This document shows positions 20,982-30,540 of a stretch of DNA of 64,000 nucleotides, piece after piece. The DNA comes from a plasmid. The position numbers and the translations under genes are program-made. Position 1 is the stretch's first letter. Every line of letters begins with the position of its first letter. The stretch is taken from sequence record NZ_CP020440.2. The stretch is one strand, 5' to 3'. The notes under the pieces were generated by a model that saw only the letters and a program-made list of their open reading frames with translations, was not told where the DNA came from and did not search any database.

Positions 20982-21726
20982 GATGCGCGTCCTGATCCTT
21001 GGCGGCACGACCGAGGCACACGCCCTGGCCCGCGCCCTGGCCGGGGCGGGGATCCAGGGGCTTTATTCCTATGCCGGACGCACCGCACGGCCGGTGGCGC
21101 AGCCCCTGCCCACGCGGACCGGCGGCTTCGGCGGCGCCGAAGGTCTGGCCCAGGCCCTGCGGCGCGATGCCATCACCCATGTGATCGACGCGACCCACCC
21201 CTTTGCCGCGACAATCAGCGCCAACGCAGTCGCCGCCTGTCGGCGGACCGGCACGCCGCTGCTGGCGCTGGAGCGGCCGGAATGGCGCCCCGGTCCGGGC
21301 GACCGCTGGCAGGCGGTTCCCGACATCGAAGCGGCCGCCCGTGCCCTGCCCCAGGGCCCTACACGCGTCTTTCTGGCCATCGGGCGCCAGCATCTCGGGG
21401 CCTTCGCCGCGCGCCCGGTGCACGACTACCTGCTGCGGCTGGTCGATCCGCCCGAAGGGCCGCTGCCCCTGCCCCGGGCGCGAGTCGTGGTGGATCGCGG
21501 CCCCTTCACGCTTGACGGCGACCTGGCCCTGATGCGCCAGGCGGGCATCCGGATCGTCGTCGCCAAGAACGCGGGCGGCAGCGGGGCGCGCGCCAAGATC
21601 GACGCGGCCCGGCTGCTGGGCCTGCCGGTCGTCATGGTAGCGCGGCCCCGGCTGGCAGATCGCGCGACCGTGGCAAGCGTCGAACAGGCGCTGGACTGGC
21701 TGCATCACACACCCCTTGGCGTATAG
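20980..21726 (+). CDS. cobK: Precorrin-6A reductase CobK
   Basis: Start [17 protein letters not shown] (ATG 20980) inside the long artefactual ORF 19792..21726. About 248 aa. Divergent from cobL with start codons sharing a CATG. Confidence 0.8.
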   Translation: MMRVLILGGTTEAHALARALAGAGIQGLYSYAGRTARPVAQPLPTRTGGFGGAEGLAQALRRDAITHVIDATHPFAATISANAVAACRRTGTPLLALERPEWRPGPGDRWQAVPDIEAAARALPQGPTRVFLAIGRQHLGAFAARPVHDYLLRLVDPPEGPLPLPRARVVVDRGPFTLDGDLALMRQAGIRIVVAKNAGGSGARAKIDAARLLGLPVVMVARPRLADRATVASVEQALDWLHHTPLGV

Positions 21727-22433
21727 ACCCAAGGCCCCACCCGCCGCGTCGTGGAGGAGCCCACGATGACCAGGGTGCGCATGTCGGCCATATCCTCCTG
21801 CACCTCGGCCAGGGTCACGGTCCGAATGCTTTCCTGCGGGGTCGAGACGGCGCGGGCAAAGGTGATCAGCCGGTCGGGCGCGGCGCCTTCGCGCAGGATG
21901 GCCAGGGCGCGGCCAAAGCCCACCGGCCGCGCGGCCGAGCGCGGGTTGTAAAGCGCGATGGCGAAATCGCCCGCCAGCGCGGCGCGCAGCCGCGTCTCGA
22001 TCAGCGTCCAGGGCTTGAGATTGTCCGACAGGTTGATCGCGCAGAAATCATGGCCCAGCGGCGCGCCGGCCCGGGCGGCGGCGGCCAGCATCGCGGTGAT
22101 GCCGGGCAGGACGCGGATGGGGGGCAGCGCGCCCGGCCAGCCCTCGGCCGCGTCGAAGACGGCGGCGGCCATGGCAAAGACTCCCGGATCGCCGGACGAG
22201 ACGACGACCACGCGCCGCCCCTCGGCCGCCAGATGCAGGGCGTGGCGGGCGCGGTCCAGCTCCTCGCGGTTGTCCGACGGGTGCAGGACCAGCCCCGCGC
22301 GCGCAGGGATGCGGGCGACATAGGGGATATAGCCCAGGACGTCCGTCGCCTGCGCCAGCGCCTGCGTCACCTCGGGCGTCACCAGCGCGGGATCGCCGGG
22401 GCCGAGGCCCGCGACAGCCAGCCAGCCGGTCAT
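21705..22433 (-). CDS. cobJ: Precorrin-3B C17-methyltransferase CobJ
   Basis: Start MTGWLAVAGLGPGDPALVTPE (CAT 22431-22433). ...VVSSGDPGVFAMAAA... methyltransferase motifs. Confidence 0.85.
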   Translation of the reverse strand: MTGWLAVAGLGPGDPALVTPEVTQALAQATDVLGYIPYVARIPARAGLVLHPSDNREELDRARHALHLAAEGRRVVVVSSGDPGVFAMAAAVFDAAEGWPGALPPIRVLPGITAMLAAAARAGAPLGHDFCAINLSDNLKPWTLIETRLRAALAGDFAIALYNPRSAARPVGFGRALAILREGAAPDRLITFARAVSTPQESIRTVTLAEVQEDMADMRTLVIVGSSTTRRVGPWVYTPRGV

Positions 22434-23164
22434 GCCCTGCCTCCCGGCCGGCGGCCTTGGCCATGGACCAGGACGATGGCGAAATAGGGACATTCCCCAT
22501 CGGCCAGGTCCGCCAGCCGGGCGACGCGCTGGCCCTCCATGGTGCCGCGCTCGACCAGCCAGGCGGCATCCAGCCGCCCCGCCGCCGCCAGCGCCCGGCG
22601 GATGCGCGGCAGGTTGCGCCCGGTCTTCATGACGACCAGCGCATCGGCATCGGCGGCGCGGCGGGCCAGTTCCGCCTCGGGCAGGGTGCCGGGCAGGACG
22701 GCCAGCACGTCGTCGCCCCAGGTGATCGGCAGGCCCGTCGCGGTCCAGCATCCCGCCATGCCGGGAATGCCCGGCACCACCTCGACCTCGACCCGGCCTT
22801 GCAGGCGGGCGTGCAGATGCATGAACGAGCCGTACAGGAACGGATCGCCCTCGCACAGCACCACCACGTCGCCGGCTGCTGCAAGATCCGCCAGCCGGTC
22901 CGCCCAATGCGCGTAGAAATCCGACAGCAGGCGGTCATAGTCGGGCCCGTCGAACGGCAGTTCGGTCGTGACCGGGAATTCCATCGCGTATTCCGCCGCG
23001 CCGGGGGCGATCAGGCCTCGCACGATGCGCCGCGCCATGCCCTCGCGCCCCGCCTTGGCGAACCAGGCGACCTGACGGGCGGTCGAAATCAGGCGATGGG
23101 CCCGCACACTCATCAACTCGGGGTCGCCGGGGCCAAGGCCCGCGCAGATCACCTTGCCCATCAT
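22430..23164 (-). CDS. cobI: Precorrin-2 C20-methyltransferase CobI
   Basis: Start MMGKVICAGLGPGDPELMSVRA (CAT 23162-23164). ...VVVLCEGDPFLYGSF.... Confidence 0.85.
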   Translation of the reverse strand: MMGKVICAGLGPGDPELMSVRAHRLISTARQVAWFAKAGREGMARRIVRGLIAPGAAEYAMEFPVTTELPFDGPDYDRLLSDFYAHWADRLADLAAAGDVVVLCEGDPFLYGSFMHLHARLQGRVEVEVVPGIPGMAGCWTATGLPITWGDDVLAVLPGTLPEAELARRAADADALVVMKTGRNLPRIRRALAAAGRLDAAWLVERGTMEGQRVARLADLADGECPYFAIVLVHGQGRRPGGRA

Positions 23165-23790
23165 TCGCTCCGGCTGGCCAGCGCGTTGACGGCGGCGGCG
23201 GTGATGGCGGAACCGCCGATCCGCCCCTCGACGATCAGGGCGGGCACCGGCGGGGCCTGGATCAGCGCGGCCTTGGATTCGGCCGCGCCCACAAAGCCCA
23301 CCGGGCAGCCGATGATCGCGGCGGGGCGCGGGCAGTCGGGGTCCTCGAGCATGTCGAGCAGGTGGAACAGCGCCGTCGGCGCGTTGCCGATGGCGACCAG
23401 CGCCCCGGCCAGATGCGGCCGCCACAGTTCCAGCGCCGCCGCGCTGCGCGTGTTGCCCAGGCGCGCGGCCAGCGCCGGGGTCTCGGGGTCGTTCAGCGTG
23501 CAGATGACCGGGTTCGCGGCGGGCAGACGGGCGCGCGTCACACCCTCGCTGACCATGCGCGCGTCGCACAGGATCGGCGCGCCGGCAGCCAGGGCCGCGC
23601 GGGCCGCCGCAGCCATGCCGGGGCTGAAGCGGATCAGGTCCGCGATCTCGACCTGGCCGCAGGCGTGGATCATGCGCACGGCGACCGGCTCTTCGTCGGG
23701 GTCGAAACGGGCCAGCGCCGCCTCGGCCCGGATCGTGGCGAAGGAGCGGGCATAGATCGCCCGGCCGTCGGTCTCATAGCTCTGGGGCAT
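23161..23790 (-). CDS. cobH: Precorrin-8X methylmutase CobH
   Basis: Start MPQSYETDGRAIYARSFATIRAEA (CAT 23788-23790). About 209 aa CobH/CbiC family. Confidence 0.85.
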   Translation of the reverse strand: MPQSYETDGRAIYARSFATIRAEAALARFDPDEEPVAVRMIHACGQVEIADLIRFSPGMAAAARAALAAGAPILCDARMVSEGVTRARLPAANPVICTLNDPETPALAARLGNTRSAAALELWRPHLAGALVAIGNAPTALFHLLDMLEDPDCPRPAAIIGCPVGFVGAAESKAALIQAPPVPALIVEGRIGGSAITAAAVNALASRSE

Positions 23791-24895
23791 GGAAGTCCTT
23801 GAACAGCGGAAAGGTTTCGGGATCGGACAGCAGCCGTTCCGGCGCGTCACGCGCGGCGCCGTCCCGGATCAGCGCAAAGCCGCCGGGCACGGCCACCAGC
23901 GTCACGGCGGCAGGGCCGGGATGCGCGCAGCCCTTGGCGCAGCCCGAGACATGGAGCATCGCCCCGCGCGGCACCCCTGCGGCCAGCGCGCGCGCCAGCG
24001 GCCGCGTCGGACCCCCGGCCTGCGGGCAGGCCGGCGCGCCCGCGCAGGCGGCGACCCGCAGCCGGGGGTCGTCCGGGCGGGCGATCAGCGCGGGGTGGCG
24101 GGCCAGCGCCGCGGGCAAGGGCCCCGGCAGCGCGATCATGCGCCAGGGCGTCAGACGCAGCGGGCCAACATCCGCAAGCCCGCCCAGCAGATCCGCCGGC
24201 ACCTCGCCAAAGACAAAGCCCGCCAGCCGCTGCGACGGTCCAGGCGGGGGCGGCAGCGGGGGCATCGGCACCGTTCCCGCCAGTTCGGGCGGCAGGACGG
24301 CGCCCCCCGCCAGATGCGCCGCCATCCGGCCGCGCCCGTCCGGGCCGACCCCGCCCGAGGCGATAAACCAGCGCGCCATCGCCATCGCGGCGGGCACGGC
24401 CCGATCCGCCGTCACAGGCAGGCCCAGGACCGCGCCCTGCGGGGCAAGCACCAGGCCTTCGCCCAGGCTGAGGATGCGGATGTCCGCCGCGACCGAGGCG
24501 CCCACCGCGAAGCCGAACTTGGCCGGCAGCGCCAGACCGTCGGCCGCGCGCAGGGCCTCGCCCAGCCGGGCGGCCACGGTTTCCTCGGCCGCATCATGGA
24601 AGGGGCACAGGATCAGGTTGCGCCGGGCCTCGGCCTCGGGGGTCGGGTCCAGCAGGCCGAGCCGCGCCAGGCCGGCGTGCAGGGCGGGCAGATCGGCGGG
24701 CCGGACGCCCCGGATCTGAAGGTTGGCGCGATTGGTGAGGTGCAGCGCCCCTGCCCCACAGCCCCGCGCCAGATCGGCCAGGCCACGCGCCTGCGCCGAC
24801 GATAGCCGGGACAGCGGCGGGCGCACCCGCAGGATCAGCCCGTCGCCCGAAGTCATCGGCCGCAGGGCACCGGGGCACCAGCCCTTGATCGTCAT
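23774..24895 (-). CDS. cobG: Precorrin-3B synthase CobG (oxygen-dependent monooxygenase, sulfite/nitrite reductase-like)
   Basis: Start MTIKGWCPGALRPM (CAT 24893-24895). About 373 aa. Its presence marks the aerobic pathway. Confidence 0.8.
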   Translation of the reverse strand: MTIKGWCPGALRPMTSGDGLILRVRPPLSRLSSAQARGLADLARGCGAGALHLTNRANLQIRGVRPADLPALHAGLARLGLLDPTPEAEARRNLILCPFHDAAEETVAARLGEALRAADGLALPAKFGFAVGASVAADIRILSLGEGLVLAPQGAVLGLPVTADRAVPAAMAMARWFIASGGVGPDGRGRMAAHLAGGAVLPPELAGTVPMPPLPPPPGPSQRLAGFVFGEVPADLLGGLADVGPLRLTPWRMIALPGPLPAALARHPALIARPDDPRLRVAACAGAPACPQAGGPTRPLARALAAGVPRGAMLHVSGCAKGCAHPGPAAVTLVAVPGGFALIRDGAARDAPERLLSDPETFPLFKDFHAPEL

Positions 24896-27800
24896 CCCCC
24901 GGTCTCCATCGCCAGCGAATTGCGGCGCGTCAGCCACAGCCCCGCCGCCCGCAGCGCGGCAAAGCGGTTGCGCAGCGCGGCCAGCGCCGCCGGGTTGTCC
25001 CGCGCCATGAAATCGACGACCTCGGGCCGGCCCAGCGTCGCGTCGTGATAGAGGTCGAACAGGTGCGGCGGGACCGCCCGGGTCAGGTTCGCAAAACCGG
25101 CCAGATGGTCCAGCGTCGCCGCGATCTCGGCCGCGCCGCGAAAGCCGTGGCGCATCATGCCCGCGGCCCAGGCCGGATCGGCGGCGCGGGCGCGGGTGAC
25201 GCGGGCGATTTCCTCGGACAGGGTGCGGGCGCGCAGCGCCTGGGGCCGGGTCGCGTCCAGATGATAAAGCGCGGGCGCCTCGGCCCCAAGGCGCGCCATG
25301 GCCGCCGCAAAGCCGCCCTCATGCGCCGCGTAATCGGCCGCCAGCAGCAGATCGGTTTCGGCCAGGTCCTGCACATGGACAAAGGCATCCGACGCGCGCA
25401 GCCGCGATTCCAGCGCGGAACGCGCAGGCGCCACGGCGCCGTCGCGGCCGATGGCCCAGGACGATCCGGCAAGCCATGCCTCGCCCGCGTCGTCCCGGCC
25501 GCCAGCGTAATCCTGCAAGGCCCCGCCCATGCCCAGCCCGTAATGCCCGGGCCGGGGGCCAAAGACTCGGGGGACGGCGTGGCGATAGGGGTTTTCGGCC
25601 AGTGGCTCGTCCCGCGCGGCCAAGGCAGCCGCGCCGGTTTCAAAGATTTGCGCCAGCCCCGGAAAGATGTCGCGAAACAGGCCCGAGACGCGCAGCGTCA
25701 CGTCGATGCGCGGCCGGCCCAGCATCGCCAGAGGCAGGATCTCGGCCCCGGTGACGCGCGCGCCGCCCTGATCCCAGCGCGGGGCCAGGCCCGCCAGATG
25801 CAGCGCCATGGCGAAATCCTCGCCCGCCGTGCGCATGGTGGCCGAGCCCCACAGGTCCACGACCAGCCCGCGCGGCCAGTCGCCGTGGTCCTGCAGGTGG
25901 CGGCGCAGCAATTCCTCGGCCATGCGCACGCCCTGGGCATGGGCGGCGGGCGAAGGCACGGCGCGGGGATCGACGGAATAAAGATTGCGCCCCGTCGGCA
26001 GCACGTCGCCCCGCCCGCGATGGGGCGAACCCGAGGGGCCAGCCGCGACCCGCCGCCCCGACAGCGCCGCGGCCAGGCCCGCCATCTCGCCCTGGGCTGC
26101 GCCATAGACGTGCAGCCCGTCGCCGAACCGGGTTTCCTTGAGGTCGCAGACAAAGCGGTCGATGCGGGGGATCGCCTCGGCCGGGCTGGCGTCCGAGGGC
26201 AGGCCCAGGTCGTCCTCGACCCCGGCCAGGCGGGCCTCGTCGCGGATCGCGGCGATCAGGCGGTCGCGGCGGGCGGGGTCCAGCCCGTCGGCGGTCGAAT
26301 ATTCGTCAAGCAGCACTTCCAGCCGGGCAAGGCCGGTCCGGCTGGCCGGGACCAGCGGCGGGGGCATGTGGCCCAGCGTCACCGCGCCGATCCGGCGGCG
26401 GGCCTGCGCGGCCTCGCCCGGATCGTTCACGATGAAGGGATAGATCACCGGCACGCCCGCCGTCAGCGCCTCGGGCCAGCAGTCGGCGGACAGGGCGACC
26501 GCCTTGCCGGGCAGCCATTCCAGCGTGCCATGCGCACCGACATGGACCATGGCGTGAATCCCCTGCGCCCGCAGCCACAGGTAGAAGGCGACATAGCCGT
26601 GGCGAGGAACGCGGGACAGGTCGTGGTATTCGGCATCGCGCGGCCCATCGCCGCGTTCGGGCTGCAGGGCGATCAGCGCCGCCCCGCGCCGAACGGCGGC
26701 AAAGCGGAACGCCCCCGACGCAATCCCCGGATCGTCCTCGGGCCGGCCCCAGGCGGCGGCCAGCGCCTTGCGCAGCGCCGGGGACAGCGTCTTGAGCGCG
26801 GCGCGATAATCGGCGAGCGGCCAGGATTCCCGGGTCGTCAGCAACGCGGGCGCCAGAGGGTCGCCGGGCGCCGTGTCCCAGCCGGCCGCCCCAAGTCCCG
26901 CCAGCACGGCATCGCATGAGGCCAAGGCGTCCAGCCCCACCGCATGGGCGATCTGGTCGGCGCGGCCGGGATAGGTCGACAGCACCACCGCCAGCCGCCG
27001 CTGCGGAGCGGGCGTGGCCGCCAGTCGGTGCCAGCCCGCCACGCGCTCGACCACCGCCGCCACCCGGTCGGGGATCGCATGATGCAGGGTGCGGGCGCAT
27101 TGCAGGTCCGGGTCGCGCGTGCCGGGCTGCTTGCAGCTTACGATCCCCGCGCAAAGCCGGCCGTCGACCTCGGGCAGGACGACATGCATGGCAAGATCGG
27201 CCGGCGACAGGCCGCGTTCCGCTCCGGCCCAGGCGGCCTGCGGCGCGGTCGACAGCGCCACCTGGAACACTGGGCAATCGGGCGCATCCAGGGCCGAGCC
27301 GCCCGCCGCGTCCCGCGCCGAAAAGGCGGTGGCGTTGACGATGGCCACCGGCGACAGCGCATCCAGCGCCGCCCGCACCCACTCCCCGACGCCTGGCGCC
27401 TTGAGCGAGGGCACGAACAGCCCCGCCGCCGAAAAGCCGCGCGCGCGCAGGGCCGCGATCAGGGCACGGATTGGCTGGGTGTCCCCGGCCGCGAGCCAGG
27501 CGCGATAGAAGACGACAGCCACGGCAGGCCCCTCGCCCACGGGCGGCGCCGAAACGACGCCCCGGTCGGGATCGAACCAGCCGCAATCGGGCAGCGCCTG
27601 GCCCTGCGGCGGTGGCGCGGCCTCAAGCCCCGCCGCCCGGGCCAGCGCCGAAAGCGCCGCCCAGCCCGCATCCGGCCCGCCCGCCCGGCACAGGTCCGAG
27701 AGTTCGCGCAGCACGGAAACCGGCAGCGTGGACAGCTCGTCAAGGCGCGGATCCTCGGCCCCGTCGCCGGGCAGGACTGCAAGCGCGATCCCCTGCCGGC

Positions 27801-28122
27801 GGGCCAGGTCCTGCACCGCCATCAGGCCGTAGGACCAATAGCTTTCCCCGCCGATCAGCCGGACCAGAATGGCCCGGGCGCCCGCCAGCGTGCGTTCGAC
27901 ATAGGTATCGACCGACACCGGATGGCGCAGCGCCGCAAGGTTCGCAAGCCGCAACCCGGGCAGCGGCCGTCCCGCCGCCCGGGCGCGATGCCAGCCCTCG
28001 GCAAAGCCGCCGAGGTCGCTGTCCGAAAACGACAGCACCACCAGATCGGCCGGGTCCTGGCCCAGATCGGTCGGCACCGCCGCATCCTCAAGCCCAAGGC
28101 TCTCGCGAAAGACGACGTGCAT
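24892..28122 (-). CDS. cobN: Cobaltochelatase subunit CobN
   Basis: 1076 aa CobN/Mg-chelatase H-family protein (…YHDLSRVPRHGYVAFYLWLR…, …DYAGGRDDAGEAW…). Confidence 0.9.
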   Translation of the reverse strand: MHVVFRESLGLEDAAVPTDLGQDPADLVVLSFSDSDLGGFAEGWHRARAAGRPLPGLRLANLAALRHPVSVDTYVERTLAGARAILVRLIGGESYWSYGLMAVQDLARRQGIALAVLPGDGAEDPRLDELSTLPVSVLRELSDLCRAGGPDAGWAALSALARAAGLEAAPPPQGQALPDCGWFDPDRGVVSAPPVGEGPAVAVVFYRAWLAAGDTQPIRALIAALRARGFSAAGLFVPSLKAPGVGEWVRAALDALSPVAIVNATAFSARDAAGGSALDAPDCPVFQVALSTAPQAAWAGAERGLSPADLAMHVVLPEVDGRLCAGIVSCKQPGTRDPDLQCARTLHHAIPDRVAAVVERVAGWHRLAATPAPQRRLAVVLSTYPGRADQIAHAVGLDALASCDAVLAGLGAAGWDTAPGDPLAPALLTTRESWPLADYRAALKTLSPALRKALAAAWGRPEDDPGIASGAFRFAAVRRGAALIALQPERGDGPRDAEYHDLSRVPRHGYVAFYLWLRAQGIHAMVHVGAHGTLEWLPGKAVALSADCWPEALTAGVPVIYPFIVNDPGEAAQARRRIGAVTLGHMPPPLVPASRTGLARLEVLLDEYSTADGLDPARRDRLIAAIRDEARLAGVEDDLGLPSDASPAEAIPRIDRFVCDLKETRFGDGLHVYGAAQGEMAGLAAALSGRRVAAGPSGSPHRGRGDVLPTGRNLYSVDPRAVPSPAAHAQGVRMAEELLRRHLQDHGDWPRGLVVDLWGSATMRTAGEDFAMALHLAGLAPRWDQGGARVTGAEILPLAMLGRPRIDVTLRVSGLFRDIFPGLAQIFETGAAALAARDEPLAENPYRHAVPRVFGPRPGHYGLGMGGALQDYAGGRDDAGEAWLAGSSWAIGRDGAVAPARSALESRLRASDAFVHVQDLAETDLLLAADYAAHEGGFAAAMARLGAEAPALYHLDATRPQALRARTLSEEIARVTRARAADPAWAAGMMRHGFRGAAEIAATLDHLAGFANLTRAVPPHLFDLYHDATLGRPEVVDFMARDNPAALAALRNRFAALRAAGLWLTRRNSLAMETGG

Positions 28123-28141
28123 CAGAGGGGACCGTGCCCGC

Positions 28142-29188
28142 TCATGGCGCGGCCGAAGCCGAGGCCAGGGCGGCGCGCAGCTGCGCGGGGTCCAGGTCGC
28201 CCTTTTCCGCGATCACCACCAGGCGCGAGGCGCGCGGGCCGCTCCAGGGCCGGTCGTACTGATGACGCACCCGGTCGCCCACCGCCTGCACCAGCAGCCG
28301 CATCGGCTTGCCCTGCACGGCGACATGGCCCTTGATGCGCAGCAGGCGGTGGTCGCGGGCCAGCCGCGCAAGCCTGTCCGCCAGCGCCCCGGGATCGTCG
28401 ATCTCGGGCAGGTCCAGCACCACCGTGTCGAAATCGTCGTGCTCGTGATCCTCGGCCCCGTCGTGGTGCGAGGGGCGGGCCGACAGGTCGTCCTCGGCCC
28501 GTGCGTCAAGGCCCAGGACCAGGCGCGGGTCGATCACCCCCTCGGTCAGGGGCAGGATGGGGACCGGGCGCGACAACTCGGCATGGACGGCCGCCAGCGC
28601 CGTGGCGACGCCGGCCTCTCCGGCCAGATCGGCCTTCGACAACAGCACGATGTCGGCGCAGGCGATCTGATCCTCGAACACCTCGGACAGGGGCGTTTCG
28701 TGGTCCAGGCTGTCGTCGGCCGCGCGCTGCGCCGCAACCGCCGCGGGGTCGGGGGCAAAGCGGCCCGCCGCCACCGCCTCGGCATCGGCCAGCGCGATCA
28801 CCCCATCCACCGTGATGCGCGAGCGGATCGCCGGCCAGTCGAACGCCTTGAGCAGGGGTTTGGGCAGCGCAAGGCCCGAGGTCTCGATCAGGATGTGGTC
28901 GGGGCGCTCGGGCAGCGCCATCAGCCGTTCGATGGTCGGGATGAAGTCGTCGGCCACGGTGCAGCAGATGCAGCCGTTGGCCAGTTCGACGATATTGCCC
29001 TCGGGGCAGTTCTCGTCGGCGCAGGCGCGCAGCAGGTCGCCATCGACGCCGAGCGCGCCGAATTCGTTGACCACGACCGCCAGCCGCTTGCCCTGCGGAT
29101 GGGCCATCAGGTGGCGGATCAGGGTCGTCTTGCCCGCGCCCAGAAAGCCGGTGATGACGGTGACGGGGATCTTGTTCAGGTCGGTCAT
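28142..29188 (-). CDS. cobW: Cobalamin biosynthesis GTPase CobW (COG0523 family)
   Basis: Start MTDLNKIPVTVITGFLGAGKTTLIRHLM (CAT 29186-29188). GCICCTV metal-binding motif and a His/Asp-rich stretch. Confidence 0.9.
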   Translation of the reverse strand: MTDLNKIPVTVITGFLGAGKTTLIRHLMAHPQGKRLAVVVNEFGALGVDGDLLRACADENCPEGNIVELANGCICCTVADDFIPTIERLMALPERPDHILIETSGLALPKPLLKAFDWPAIRSRITVDGVIALADAEAVAAGRFAPDPAAVAAQRAADDSLDHETPLSEVFEDQIACADIVLLSKADLAGEAGVATALAAVHAELSRPVPILPLTEGVIDPRLVLGLDARAEDDLSARPSHHDGAEDHEHDDFDTVVLDLPEIDDPGALADRLARLARDHRLLRIKGHVAVQGKPMRLLVQAVGDRVRHQYDRPWSGPRASRLVVIAEKGDLDPAQLRAALASASAAP

Positions 29189-29550
29189 GGCAGGGCCTCG
29201 GCTGGGGGGATACGGGCAAGCGTCTGCTTGCGGAACAGGATCGAGCGATCGCGCCAGGGCACGATGCCGTCGGGGGCGGCGGCATAGGCGGTCGCGCCGG
29301 CGACGATCTCGGGGGCGTGGGCCTCGGCCAGGCCGGCATAGACATAGGTCCAGCGGCCCGGGGCCGACAGGACCAGCGCACAGCCCTGAGAGCAGGCGGA
29401 CAGGCAGGCGACCGGGCGCAGGGCGAAGGGCGCGCCTGCGGGACGCGCGGCCTGAACCGCCGCGAACAGGCGTTCGCCCGCGCAGGGCACGCCTTCGTGT
29501 TGCGGCTGGCCCGCGCGGCAGGTCGTGCAGATCGTCAGCGTGACCGTCAT
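29185..29550 (-). CDS. Cys-rich DUF1636-like small protein (putative metal/Fe-S binding), first gene of the riboswitch-controlled cobW operon
   Basis: About 121 aa from MTVTLTICTTCRAG... with CxxC...C...C spacing. Its stop overlaps the cobW start. Confidence 0.6.
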   Translation of the reverse strand: MTVTLTICTTCRAGQPQHEGVPCAGERLFAAVQAARPAGAPFALRPVACLSACSQGCALVLSAPGRWTYVYAGLAEAHAPEIVAGATAYAAAPDGIVPWRDRSILFRKQTLARIPPAEALP

Positions 29551-29659
29551 ATGCCCTTCGTCCCATGGGACGGGCGGGGACGGACCTGCGGGGACGGGAC
29601 GTGCGCAAGCGGACGCGACCCTGCCCAAGCCGGTCGCGGAACACCCCGTCCGCCGTTGC

Positions 29660-29855
29660 TTCCTTGACGCTGGCAGGTCTCCCGGCTTGCGGATATCGGG
29701 GCCTTCGGCCCCGGCGGCGCCGCGCTCCTTCCCAGGCCCTTGGGGGGCCCAGTGGCATCGCGGACCTTCCCGGTCACGGTCGCGGGGGCGGCTGCGTTCG
29801 GGGCCAAGACCCCTTCGCATTCCCTCTTGGCCTGTCATAGACAGGAACCAGCGCG
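29660..29855 (-). ncRNA. Cobalamin (AdoCbl) riboswitch upstream of the DUF1636-cobW-cobN-cobGHIJ operon
   Basis: The minus strand reads ...GGTTCC...CCAAGAGGGAATGCGAAGG...CAGCCGCCCCCGCGACCGTGACCGGGAAGGTCCGCGATGCCACTGGGCC...GCCGGGAGACCTGCCAGC. The B12 box GCCACTG and the AAGAGGGAA, GGGAAGG and GAGACCTGCC elements come in the canonical order. Confidence 0.8.
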
Positions 29856-29898
29856 CGCCCAGATGACCGGGAACGCGGGGCAATGTCAAGGAGAGGCC

Positions 29899-30540
29899 AT
29901 GACCGACGCAACCCTTCCCCCCCCTGCCGTTTCCCCCGAGGAAGCCGCCCGGCACGCGCAGAAAAAGGCCCGCATCAAGCAGGCCCGCGACCGCATGATG
30001 ACCGAAAAGACCGGCGAGAAGGGGCTGGTCATCGTCCATACCGGGCCCGGCAAGGGCAAATCCTCGGCCGCGTTCGGGATGATCTTTCGCATGATCGCCC
30101 ATGACATGCCCTGCGCCGTGGTGCAGTTCATCAAGGGCGCGCGCCAGACCGGGGAACGCGCCCTGATCCAGCGCCATTTCGCGCATCTGTGCCAATTCCA
30201 CACCATGGGCGAGGGGTTCACCTGGGAAACCCAGGACAAGGCCCGCGACATCGCCGCCGCCCGCGCCGCCTGGGACAAGGGCAAGGCGCTGATCCGCGAC
30301 CCCGCCATCCGCATGGTGCTGCTGGACGAGATCAACATCGCGCTGCGCTACGGCTACCTGGACCCGACCGAGGTCGCGGCCTTTCTGCAGGGCGAAAAGC
30401 CGCAGATGACCCATGTGGTGCTGACCGGGCGGAACGCGCCGCCCGAACTGCTGGAGATCGCCGACCTGGCGACCGAGATGGCGCTGGTCCGCCACCCGTT
30501 CCGCGACGGCATCAAGGCCCAGCCGGGGGTCGAGTTCTAG
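29899..30540 (+). CDS. cobO: Cob(I)yrinic acid a,c-diamide adenosyltransferase CobO (BtuR/CobA family)
   Basis: Start MTDATLPPP (ATG 29899). P-loop HTGPGKGKSSAAFG and the conserved ...LLDEINIALRYGYL.... Confidence 0.85.
   Translation: MTDATLPPPAVSPEEAARHAQKKARIKQARDRMMTEKTGEKGLVIVHTGPGKGKSSAAFGMIFRMIAHDMPCAVVQFIKGARQTGERALIQRHFAHLCQFHTMGEGFTWETQDKARDIAAARAAWDKGKALIRDPAIRMVLLDEINIALRYGYLDPTEVAAFLQGEKPQMTHVVLTGRNAPPELLEIADLATEMALVRHPFRDGIKAQPGVEF

Noticed and set aside
19792-21726. Very long plus-strand ORF (644 aa) covering cobL antisense and running into cobK
   Set aside because: Only the last ~248 codons (from [13 protein letters not shown] at 20980) look like a real protein, CobK. The upstream part is Ala/Arg/Pro-rich antisense read-through typical of high-GC DNA, and cobL on the other strand is well supported.
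25045-26919. 624-aa plus-strand ORF, and similar long ORFs at 26306..27586 and 26944..28335, overlapping cobN
   Set aside because: Arg/Gly/Ala/Pro-rich translations with no domain signatures, all antisense or out-of-frame to the well-supported 1076-aa CobN. These are classic high-GC shadow ORFs.
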